Below are positions 45,201 to 58,600 of a stretch of 64,000 nt of DNA, in pieces. Source of the stretch: Octopus bimaculoides (lineage: Eukaryota); assembly GCF_001194135.2 (NCBI RefSeq), contig NC_068981.1:173367293-173431292 (forward strand), given 5' to 3'. Below the pieces are notes generated by a model that did no database searches, was not told the origin of the DNA, and saw only the letters and a program-made list of their open reading frames with translations. The translations under genes and the position numbers were made by a program. How positions within the stretch are numbered: position 1 is the first letter of the stretch; every line of letters starts with the position of its first letter.

Positions 45201-48200
45201 AAATCCTAAAAACTAAAAGGTAAAATATCGAATTAAGAAGCTAGTTTTAAGTTGCATGTTACTCAATATGCTGAAGAGCATAGAAATCATAGTTATAAGA
45301 GAATTTTGGTCAGAAAAACTTGAGAAAATGCCAAAAGTAAAAAAAACAACACAAAACTGTTCTCATTTGAGAAACTGGAGAATAATGCACACAAACACAC
45401 ACACACATATATATATCCTCATAAATAGGACTTGACATTTATATGGTTATATTAGGACAAACATTTCACTGTTATCCATGGATAAAAAAAGTGGTGACTG
45501 AAATAATGCTAGAGCCAATTGAAAATGGGAATGAATTGAAACTCAACATACCACACAGAGCCTCGAGGTTTGAAAAAATAATTCTATTGTAATCAATTTT
45601 ACTCTTAGCAATGTAAGCTACCAGATGGTTTGCTAATTGAACAATATAAAGGCACAGGGATGGCTGTGGTTAAGTTTATTTCCTAACCACATGTTTTGGG
45701 GTTCAGTCACACTCTGACACTTTCGGTAAATGTCTATCACAGCCCAGGGTCAACCAAAGCCTTGGGAGTGGAGAAATCTGTTGCGTGTATATGTCTTGAC
45801 ACTGTATGATAATTTTAAATGAACATCAGTGTCACACAAGTGGCAGTGTTTTCAATTCTCTATGAAGCCATGTCTCGCCAGGGAGAAATATCTTGCATGG
45901 AAATAAAAGATTGGTGACAAACGGGAACCAGCCATAGAAAAATTGCCATGACAAAACCTGTCTGACTGCGGCAAGCACGAAAATGTAGACATTAAAACAA
46001 TGAAGATGATGAAATTATACTAACAAGACATCTTCAAGGCTTTGCCCAAATCTTTATCAATAAGTGTCTTAAGAATGATTATTCCAGCAGTGTTGAAGAT
46101 GTATATTAGGAATTGGGACTTCAATATTTTCTTTTAAAACATATTCATGTATAAATTATCTGAATAACTTTTGTAGAAGCTATTAATCTAAAATACTAAA
46201 TATCTTACTCTACTTTGTTTCATTTGCCAATCTAGTAAATACATAACATTTCATAAAATGTTTAGTACAAAAAAGAGTGACAAACTGCAAAATAGCTGCA
46301 GTGCATATAAAACTAACACGGAAAAACTGACATGAGGAGATTAGGAGAAAACATGATAATACTGATTAAAAGCTTTTATGTATTACCTGAAATTACCCAT
46401 GATTGAACCAGATATATTAACATCCAAAAGGTCATCTGTGTCATCCTGTAGAGCATGAAGATACTTTGGTAAAATTTTCTTTTGATTGGCAAACATTAGG
46501 AATACCAGTGTTGTATTTAAACAGCTTACATTTTCCTGATAAACAAACACAAATATAAAAATAATTATGAAAGCTACCAAAAAAGTTCAAAATACAATTA
46601 AGAGAAAATGATTTCTTTCTAACAAAAGAACTGACAACTAAGATTTTATGTAGATAGAGCATTCAGGCAGATGCCACACACACTTTACATTTTAGGAGAA
46701 ACAATTTCAATCAGTTTGTTCTCATCTTGGTTTAAAATGTTAAAGTCAAATGTATTGAATAAACTGGATTTTTTGTTTTTCGTAAATATTTTTTCATTTC
46801 AAATTTTAAAACTAAGTGATTTCTTATAGGAAAGAAAGGAGTCATGAAATGGCTACTGATTATGAATTTAAGAATGTTAAAGATACAAATTCAGTGTTAA
46901 AATATTTTTCAGATATGGGACAAGATACACTATGTCTAAAATATTGGAGTGGCCACAAGAGAACGGCTTCATCAAATTGCAAAAATATTAGCATCATCAA
47001 TACCTGAGTGAGATTTTGAACACTAATTATGTTGATTAATTTCCGCAAATAGTCAAGTTGTTGTTTAAAATCTGCTATATACACTAATAAACGGTTGTGC
47101 TTTCGGATAGCTGAAAGATAAAAATGCATAAATAATCAACATATGGTCCATTTTCATTTACACATTTTCTTTTTAATACATAGACATACACCAATCATAA
47201 AAAAAAAAAAAATTAAGTTATGGTACTGTACTGCTGATCACAAGGACAGAAATAAAAACTTATCTATAACTTGTACCTTACATTATGCAAATGATCCTAT
47301 TTGGTACAAAACTAAAGGATACGTTTGTATTGCAGACATGTTAATCCATGAGATTTCAACACAAATCTATTTTAAATAGAGCAGAGAGTCAATAACTAAT
47401 AAGCTCAACTTTCATTAACATAGCAATCAGGCTTTAATGAAAACTTTCCAGAGAAATTATTTAAAACGAATCAATTTAACTAAGCTAGCATAATTCTTAT
47501 GATTTCATCTTCTTTCCACTTATTCTTCCCCACCTCCATTGATATACTAATGTTCGCATATAAACAACAACTGATCTTACCATCATATTGTTCGTCATCT
47601 GAGAAATGTTCAAGAGACAGAATTAAACTTCGGATAAACATGTTAGAATCCACTAGATTTCTGTTGACTGTTGAGATGAATTTATTAAACTTAAAAGAGA
47701 AAAAAAGAAAGTCACATTATATATATATATAACCCATGCTAGCATGGAAAGCGGACGTTAAACAATGATGATGATGATGATGACACACACAGAGTTTTAA
47801 GAATGGAAAAATGAAATATTGCTTAAAATTCTAGAGGCCAGAAACTTACAATTATATGTACCTACAACGATCTCGCTCGAAAATCCTACAGGAGCCAGTC
47901 AGGCGGTACTGGCAACGGCCACGCTCAAAATGGTGCATCTCATGTGCCACCCGCACAAGAACCAGTCCAGGGGCACTGGCAACGATCTTACTTGCGTGAG
48001 AAGACCCGGCAAGCCAAGNNNNNNNNNNNNNNNNNNNNNNNNNNNNNNNNNNNNNNNNNNNNNNNNNNNNNNNNNNNNNNNNNNNGGCACATAAAAGACA
48101 CCATTTCGAGCGTGGCCGTTTTCGTGCGGGTGACACGTAAAAGCACCCACTACACTCTCTGAGTGGTTGGCGTTAGGAAGGGCATCCAGCTGTAGAAACT

Positions 48201-50311
48201 CTGCCAAATCAGACTGGAGCCTGGTGTTGCCATCCGGTTTCACCAGTCCTCAGTCAAATCGTCCAACCCATGCTAGCATGGAAAGCGGACGTTAAACGAT
48301 GATGATGATGATGATGAATACTAGCTTACAAATATTAAGAATTACCTTATTCATTTAAAAACACAGATAGTGTTTTATTTATATAGTCTAATCTTTCTAT
48401 TTTTATAGCTATATACATTTTGAATGTATTGGTGAAGTAGTGGAGTTAGAGTATGAAATAAAATTGATAAGCTACTTTACAACTAATATAATGAACAGAA
48501 AAACAGTATCCTGAAAATTTAAAGTATGAACTTACACTATTAAACATAAAGCACCCACCACGCTTAAATGGTTGGTGTTGGGAAGGGCATCCAGCCGTAG
48601 AAACCATGCCACAACAGACAGTTGGAGTCTTAGCCAGCTCTATGCCAAACCGTCCAACCCATGACAGCATGGAAAGCAGATGTTAAATGGTGTAACCTAA
48701 GGATTTGTTGTTTAACAATAAGGAAATAAATGCTGTCCTGAGAAATATTAACATTATTAGTAAGAATAAAGAATCCTAATTATGGAGGATTTGCAAATGA
48801 TAAAGATAAATGTGAGATGCAGACAAATATACAATCTAAATCTTAAGATTTACATCACACACATGCATAACATAAAGAAAATAAAATTACTAGACACTGA
48901 AAATATTATATGCTCTCAATATAATAGAAAAACACAAACTATTCTATGTTCTGGAGCCGCGTTGGGTTGTGATATAAAAATATGTAATAGAACTGGTGCA
49001 ATAAAGAATTAAAAACATCAGCCTTCAACTCACTTTACTTTCTGTATTGAGGATAGTATCGAAGTCCTTGAATCCGTCAATGTTGAATTTTATAAGTTCA
49101 CCCAAGAGATCAAAACTACTCTGAAGAATCTCTTTATTGGCTATATCATGTTTCACAATATTACCAGCAACGTGCTAAGAAGAAAAAAAAAAAAAAATGA
49201 AATACATCCTTCACTAGTTAAAGTGATGAGTAAACTGGTAGGAGATTATACATCGAGAGGGAGAGAAAGATTTTCTTTTGACTGTTTTAGATTTAATATT
49301 ACATGCTTACATGTGGATGAGAGGATTTATTGCTGATGCAGTTTTATTTTTTTCCTATTGCTAACCACTCGACAGTGAAGCAAAGTTGAGACCTTTTCTT
49401 TTGCATTAGTCAAGCAAATTTCAGAGTTTATCCCTTGTTCTTGAACTTGACAATGAATGAACATGTGATTTGAGGGAGATTTGGCTGCCACATCAAGTGG
49501 ACATAGAGACTTCATTGGTTCACATAAAATATTAACAGTAGTAGTCACTATCCATTAGATGAAGAAAAACTGCCATGCTTGAAATACAAAAATGGAGTTC
49601 ATAAGAGTCTTAATAAATATTGAAATCTGTGTGTGCACAACAATGCAACAAGATCTTAAATACTTTTTTTAATAAGCCACAAGTACTTATATAACAAACT
49701 TCATACTTCAGATAACATACAAGACTTCTGTTACCTATGCAAGCAAATTATTCCTGGATATGTAGTAGTGATAAAATAAACAGAGAGAAAGACATGCTTA
49801 AACAGAAAGTTATATTTGTACACTGATATCAAATTGCGACAAATGCCAACAAATGCAGTTTCTTCTACTATGACTACTATAGATTCTGCTCATTTGAACT
49901 AAGATACGTACAACTCTGTTGAAATCTACCCATATTAACCACAATAAATTCTTTTCCTGCCAAAATTGCAAACCTATTAAACCTCCTCTCTCCTTTTAGG
50001 CATTAGCATAGGAAAGTTCAAGCTGAACATTCTTTACATTGGTTGCAACAATTTGGTCGGACTCCAGAATCCAAGGGTATTGCTCTGTCCACTTTCCAAT
50101 CTCAACTAAATAAATATCAAAAACTTAATTTTAAATAAAGTGAGACAGAGAAAGAAATGGAAAAAAGGGAAAGAAAAAACAATTACCTGAAGCAAATCCC
50201 GCCGCATAAGAAAAATCTGATCACAGTAGGAAGTGTTACCCCTAAGATAACTTTCAACAGCTCGAGCTAACCAAAACCTGCAAGGAAGATTAGTTCATAT
50301 ACGTGTGTGTG

Positions 50312-50357
<46 letters not shown>

Positions 50358-52600
50358 CAACATGCTTCAGAAAACCTATTCAGCTAAGTAAAACTGAGGC
50401 CATGCTTCCACACACAATCTATCCCTGACAAACCTCTTCCATAGCCCATCTTCCCAACAACTCCTCCACCCCACCTGCCACTTGTGCTCAGCACTCACAG
50501 CATTCCCCTCCCCTCTATCTTTCACCTGCACACTATGTTCCAAACAAATCTCTTCCCCATAACATCTTCCTAACCTCTCCTTCTAGCCACTCACTACATT
50601 CTCCTCCCCTAGTATCTTCCACTTTTTACGATCTCATCTTTCTCCAATTGAGGCAGCCATGTATTTCTACTGCAAGGCACCTATTTCTTCACTGCTGCTG
50701 GTGCTACGTAAAAAGCACCCAGTACACTCTGTAAAGTGGTTGGCATTAGAAAGGGCATCCAGCTGTAGAAATCATGCCAAAGCAGGCAGAGCTTAGCACA
50801 GTCTTCTGACTTGCCAGCTCCTGTCAAACCATCCAATCCATGCCAGCATCAAAGGAGGATGTAAAATGATGATCTTATAATCCCTTGTACGAATTTTCAA
50901 AATTGAAACTCATCCCTATAGTTTACAGACACACCTTTTTTTAAATAGTAATTCATGAACAGTCTGTCTCATTTTTGACTCCTTTCTAAGTATAAACCCA
51001 CAATGAACCTGCAAAATGCATATAAGGTAATTTTAGAAAAAGACTTTAATATGCAAAATATTACTAACACAAATTCATTATACAAATAGTTTTTCTAAAA
51101 TATAGCTATATCATACAACTTATTCTGGATTTAAGAATATTGGTCTCTATTACCAGCATAGGGTCACAAATTTATAAGAGAAGGGGTATAATCAATTGAA
51201 TTGACTCAGTATATTACTAGCACTTATTCAACTGGCTGTAGTAAAGAAAGATAAACTTGAACCAGGACTGTAAAGGGATGCAACTAAATACCATAGTCTA
51301 TTACTCCACCAATTCAACCACTTCAATGCCTTTGAATTTAAGAATGCTGCACAACTTCTATTCTCTCACTGTAATATACTAACCGGAATGTCGATGTCGT
51401 TGGCTCTTTCTTCATGACTTCAACTATTTTCGTCAGCAATCCTTTGCTCCCTCTACACATCAGCTGCCTGGAAAGAGAAAGTATTAGACACCACATTATA
51501 AATATAGAAGACTGAAGAAGTTAAGCAGTACAACATTTACTTTCAGAACAAGGACAAAATACTAGACTTACTTGTTTAAATAATCAAGATTTTGTAATGC
51601 CAATGGACCAGCATGAGCTGAAAAATAAAGTTATCAGTTAATGTCATCTGAATTTGATGTTTTAAAATAATCATCTTAATGATTTTACATGTTTTCTAAT
51701 AGATTATACAAATTTGGATATTCATGCAAACATAAGTCAGAATGACACTAAGTTCAGAAATTAGACAGGTACATACATAAATCTACCATGTGCAAACAGG
51801 CATGATGTTATTTGCAACATAAAAGCTCATCTGCACTGCAGATGTGAACATCCTTTCCAAAATCAACAAGGAAAATATGGACAACTGCTTTAAAATCTGC
51901 TGCTCCTCTACCCTGATCATAAATTCACATAACAATAATTATTGGTGTATTTAGTTATGCTAGTAAATGTTTGAGACAATCTGGAAGAGTTAGAATTGTC
52001 AGACAAAGAGACCAATTAATATGCAAAACTTTCAAGTTCCACATGTAACACCTGTTAACCAAATTTCAGAGATGGTTCTAACATAGATAGATTCATGCTC
52101 AGTATGCCACCGTGAAAATAGAGTAATGCTAAATGTTTTTTTATACATGGAGTTCCATTCATTGACAGTGAAACATGAGCTGACTGGTACACTGTACCCA
52201 ATACCCCTAAACACTGCAATAGTAGGATTTCACTACCCTGGATGAGTACTTTTCCTTTTATTGACCCTGAAAGGATGAAAGGTAAAGCTGACTTTAGTGG
52301 GATTTGAACTGAAAGAGCAGAGACTTGGAACAAATACCACAGTATTTTCTCCACCATCCTAATGACTGCTTTCTAAGAAACAATATAGAGGCCAACAAAT
52401 CATGGATTTCAGACCTGCCATAGTTACAGTATTGTCTATAGATAAAATAGGAACTGAATAATTAAAAGTGTTAGACCTCTGACAAAAGCCATAAGCATTA
52501 TACCATCAAGCTGGAAATATCATATAGCCTTCACCTACCTATATGGAAACAAAAAAATTGATGATAAAGAACAGCAGAAAGTCCACTTGTTTTACAAAAG

Positions 52601-52648
<48 letters not shown>

Positions 52649-55600
52649 AATAATTTTACCATTAATGTTCTTGATTTCATTCAGTTCATTTCTAGATAAC
52701 AATAGATGCTTGTAACTGAAAAAAGAGAAAATGTGGATGAAGAAATTTATTTTTATAGAGGAGAGAGATTTCACTGAAAAGTAGTGTTGAGTAATTGGGG
52801 GAATGGAGATCAATGTTTCAGACCTATGCATACAAATTTTATTACAGGCAACCAATGCTAAAAGTCATACTTAAAAGAGCTTAGTGGTTACTCAGTAGAT
52901 GCAACATCTATAGGATTCTTAAGAAAGAAAAACACTGAATTGTATGTAGGTTTCCTTTTCTAGGCTCCAAAGATGTCCAACACTTAATTATATAATGCTT
53001 GCATTGCTTCTATCAGGAAGATAGCCCTACTCCATAAAACCTATTGACAGTTAGGTGATTTTAACATGTTAAAATGTCTGACAGACGGGGTACTGTGCTA
53101 GTGATGGATTATAAACCATCAATTATTTAGCTACAAGTTCAACACCATATTAACTTCAGTTGTATTTAGGGTCAGACATACATTTACAATAAAATAAGAC
53201 TGCATCACAAAAATTAACCTTCCACTTCGGGATGACAAAATGCTTCAGCTTTAACAAATTCTAGCCCTTTAAAAAAAAGCTCAAATGAGACTCACAACAG
53301 AATGCTGCTCTCACCTTTGGGATGGTGCTATTGCTACACACAAAGACAGCCTAGACTATAAAAATAGGAAAATTCCCACACAACTAATTGCACAAAGTCC
53401 ACTCTTTGCCTTTTCTGTTGCTATTGTAATTGCCTGCTCCTCAGAGCTAGCTGGTCTTGTGCTCTTACCATTCAGATACTCCTAGCTAACTCTGTCCATA
53501 TTGTGCTCCTCCTTTGACTCCACATTAATCATTATGCCCAGTCTTTCCTTCTCAGAACACCCATCCTCTGGCATTTTTCTAACACATATCCTGCAACTGT
53601 ACAATTTTACCAGCCCTGTGAAGGCCATTTGTACAGACCCTTCACCTTTTGTCCAGACAAGACCAATAAATCAAAAGGAAAAAAAAAAAGAAAAAACAAA
53701 ACTACACTTACTCTGAGTGATCACAAAAACTATGAACAAGTCGAAGGAACTGGATTTTTAAAGCAACTTCCTATTAAAGGATGAATAAAAAGAATGTTAT
53801 ATATATTATAAAGAAACAAATTTTGAAAAAAATATACCAGGATTGATATTAAAATATATCACATTTGATTATAAAAAAATAATTCTATGGTAATAAAGTA
53901 GTAAAAATTTTGTATGTATTTTTCCAATGGTTTGGCTATGACTAAAGTTTTTGTAGACTTTCCAAAATAGGTAAGGTTGATATGTTCTGGATTGAGGAAG
54001 ACTGCAGATTTATGGGTAGGGAAAGAATTCAAAAGGGCCAATATTCTGAGAAAGAATTTGGTATAGCAGGCAATGCAAAAGTTGTGTGTGTGGGTGGGGG
54101 GAACAGAGACAATATGAGCAATGAGAGAGACATGCGAGTCAGGAGGACCAGAGTGAAAGTGGCCCAAGAACTCCATTTTAAGGAGCAGAGTCTATTGTAG
54201 TAGTGATAGAAAAGGCAAAATGAAAAGAAAGAATGCCTATGGGTTAGAGTGTATTAGTAAACAACTCCATGTTAATCTGTCAGGTGGCATTTCTCTGGAT
54301 GTAGCTTAAGGAATCCAGTGTGTACAGCAGCACATCAAATGTAAGAGTATTTCACTGTAGGTCTCACTTGAATCTCATAGAGAGTTGGTGAAGTGATTAT
54401 TGGGAGCTAAAGTATTTTGGGGCTCTAACAAGGATGGTTAATCTCTGCTAGTGATCTCATATCCAATATGTAGCAAGACATCAGAGATTATTAGTAATTG
54501 AGATGCCTAGAATTTGTTGTGATTTTGAAGGTTTTAATTGTGCTGTTGTCCATTATTGGGAGGGATAGTTCAAAAGTGCATCAGACAATATGTATTTTAT
54601 TCTATATATATATATTTTTCATACGTGATATTCAGTATAAGTAAATCCATTACAATGCTATTTCAACAAAAGTTGTCTGCTTCAACAGCTGAGGTGGGGG
54701 ATTTCATAGTTATAATTCACATACTAGTACCAAGTAAAAGCACCCATACTGGTGGCGTGTTAAAAGCACTCAGCACACATTTTAAGATGTTGACGTTAGG
54801 AAGGGCATCCAACTGTAGAAACCAAGCTATATCAGACTGGAATCTGGTGCAGCTTCCCAACTCTGGTCAAGCTGTCTAACCCATGCTAGCATGGAAAAAG
54901 AACATTAAAGGATGATGATAATGTGCTCCATAACAGTTGCCATTTATATTTTTGAGATGAGGTAAGTGATAGCTGTTGGGTAGCTCCAACTTGTTCTGAT
55001 AAAGCAATCCTATGACACAAAAGTAGCTAATTAAACATTTTATTTTCAACTATGAAATTCAGAATGTCAATGTATTAAGTATTTAATTTATATAAAATGA
55101 CATGCCAAATCAACTCCTGTAGGATTTGAACTGAGAACAGGCTGTTATCATTGTTTTAATGTCTACTTTTCCATGCTTACATGGGTTGGATGGAATTTGT
55201 TAAGGTAGATTGTCTATGATCAGGTGCTCTTCCTGTCACCAACCTGCAGCTGTTTCCAAGTAAGGTAATAAATATTTCCCAATGACCAGACATATTTTCA
55301 TGAAAGATTGGAAATGGGGGACACGGTTTGCATAGCTGACGGTTGTCAAGACAATGAGATGCTAACATACATAAACATGCAATGAGCTTCTTTCAGTTTC
55401 CATCTAATAAATCTGCTCAAAGCTTTGGTTGACATGGGGCTATAGAAGATACTTGCTTAAGATGTTAGGCAGTGGGACTGAACCCAAAACCATGTGGCTG
55501 AGAAGTGAACTTCTTAACCATGCAGTCATGCCTGCATTTATTATAAACAATTATATTGTTTATAAATTATAATTCAAACAGAAATTTTACAAGTGATTCT

Positions 55601-58600
55601 TTTAAAAGTTGTGGCATGTCAAAAATGGTCGACTTTTAAAATTATCTTACAAATTTTAATGAGTGCCATTATACTGAACATACAAGGTCTAATCAATAAT
55701 TATCTGAACTGGTGCTATAAAAACAAAACTACAACACATACCAATTTGGCATTTAATCTTCTTCAAAGTAGTCCCCTTCAGAAGAGACTTAGTCCAGCAC
55801 TGTTTCCACTGATGGAAGCATTCCTGGAATTTGTTTTATGGGATAATTAGCAACTGCCTTATCACATTCACTTTGGTTTCACGACGTTCTGAAATCTTTC
55901 GAAGCGGGATTTGATTTTTGAAAAGAGGGAAAAGTTACAAGGGCTGAGATCTGGGGAATACAGTGGCTGTCAGACCTGGGGAATGTTGGCAGACACACAT
56001 CTCATATCGAAATCTCCAGTGATAATGGACTGAACCGTAACTTAGCTGCATGCATATCTGCACTGTTTTTCTGTTCTGTTGGTTGCAAGTCTCCCAGAAC
56101 GTTCATCACTATTGACATTTTTTCAGCTCATACACTTTCTGCAACTTTGAATAGTTCTCTGAGCAGGTATCGCTAAGCTTTCGACAGAATTTGATGCAGA
56201 TTTATGGTCAATGCGACGATCACATGCTACACAAGTTCTTTCCAAGCATTGCTGTAAACAGTAGAAGTGAGCTGGAATGTTAAAACAGTGTGCATACACA
56301 GCAGAGTTCAAGGTCAATCTGTGCTAAGCGGCTTTACTCTGCAAGCTTTAGCTTCGTTACTATGGCAACAGTCCGGATATTTATTGATCAGACTACGTAT
56401 TTTCTTCAAAATTTGCAATAAAATTAGTTGATTAAAGTTTGCAACAGAATTAGCCAATTTAACATAAAATTATCTCTCAAAAAATTCCGTACTATCTTAA
56501 GTGTATTAATTTATTTAGAAGGCTTACTAATGATATATCAAATACTTACAGGATAGCGGTGAAAAGTTGGATACAGAAACCTAAAATACTAATAGTGTAT
56601 TGGGAAACAAGAAAAACTAGCAATAAATCAATACTTACTGGACTACATTCACAGCTTGAATTGTGTCCAATTAGCCGGTGACGTACTCCATGTCGTGTTC
56701 TAAATGAAATATAACAATATTCTATTTATTATTATATTTTAACCCATTGATAGTAAGCATTTGTCTCTTAACCCTTAGGAGACAACAAGGCTGATCTATC
56801 AACAGAAAAGTCAAATGATGAAGATTGTATTAATTCATTCAATTTCCTACAAGAATATATAGTTTTATATATGTAATTATTTTATAATCTGTTTGAAAAG
56901 TAAGTGCATGCCCTCTGTAGGGCTTGTGGAAAGGGCTCTATCTTCTTGGCACCAAAACTTCAAATGTGGCCTTGTCTTCAAAGGATTAAATAACCTCCAT
57001 CTCTATAATAAGCAAAACAGGTCAGAACAACGCAGTTCAGTTTTTCGTTTCCACCATATGTATATGAAGGAGTGATGGGAGAGAGAATACAAAATGGATA
57101 AAGGGAATGACGAATAAGAAATGTTTGGAATGGAACACACTAATGATATAGAAATAAAGAAAATAGTATAATTGAGAAATATTCTAACAACTTACACTTG
57201 ACATTTCCATATAAATTGATCAAAAAGTTCACTTAATCCAGGAGCTAGCTTTAATTCAGCTAATTTTCTCTGCACCTGGAAGAAAAATCAAAATATACAT
57301 AAGGGAATTAAAGAGGATTATTTGATGGAGGTTTCAAAAATGTCAGATTGAATGACAATGAAATATGAATAATGAAAATAGAGAATCTAAAGTTTAATGG
57401 AATGAGTTCAGTATGGTACAATGGATATAAGCTGGTAGAAGATAGTACAAAGGGCAGTACAAAGCTAAAAATATTTAAAATATAGTCATTAGATTTGGAT
57501 TTAAATTGAATATAAGATTGACTGAGGGAAAAGTTTAGGAAATGGAAGGTGTTTGAAAGCAAAAGTTTAAAGGTAAACCTCAGGAAGACAAAGGTGATGG
57601 TGAGCGGGGTGGAAGGAGAAGTTTTAGTAAGGTAGATCCATGTGGTGTGTGTGTGGGGGGGAGAGAAGGGTAATGGCAAATGCGGTGTAGTGTTCGAAAT
57701 GTGGGAAATGGATTCATGGTAGATGTACATAAATGAAGGTGACTGGCAAGAGATTTTATTTGTGGAAGATGTGAGAAAGGAGATGAAGGGGTGGCGAAAC
57801 CAGTGGAAATGCTATGTGACGAGATGGAAATGGTGAGAGGGCTTTGTTATTTGGTAGATAGGGTGGATGTAAGTGGTGAATTTGAAGCAGCTGTGACAAT
57901 AAGAGCGAGACTTGGTCAGGTGAAGTTCAGGGAATGTGGAGCGTTATTATATGGGAAAAGGTTCTCCTTGAAGATGAAAGGAAAGGTTTATCGGAGTTGC
58001 ATGAGATCTGCAATGATGCATGGGAGTGAGACATGGTGTCTAAGGGAAAGTGAAATGGCAATTTTGAGAAGGACAGAGAGAGAGCAATGTGTTGTGTGAA
58101 ACTATTGGATAAAAGGAGGGCTGAGGACTTGATGGAGATGCTGGGGTTGGAGGAATCAGTGGAACAGTTAGCAAGGGCAAATGAAGTGCTGTGGTATGGA
58201 CATGTGTTGAGGAGGGATGAGGATCATGTTCTGAGGAGAGTGCTTGAGTTTAAAGTGAATGAACTGCGAAAGCAAGGTCAACCAAAGAAAACGTGGAGGG
58301 AACAGGTGGAGGAGGAGATTGGGAGGGTTGGCTTGAAGAGGGAGGATGCCTAAAACTGGGTGAGATGGTGTGAGAGCAGCTACCGTAAGAGTGAGGTAGA
58401 TCTGGCCACCCCTGTTAACTGGGACAAACCCAGATTTAAAATATTGGAATTCATTCATTGAGACATATTGAAAGTATTGCAAACTCATTCTACTCATAAA
58501 AGATCAAAAAATTTGATGATGATTGTTACAACTTTAACCAGAAAATATTTTTCTTAAAAGATGGACCAGAGCTGTTTTCAAACAAGCAGATTTCCAAAGT

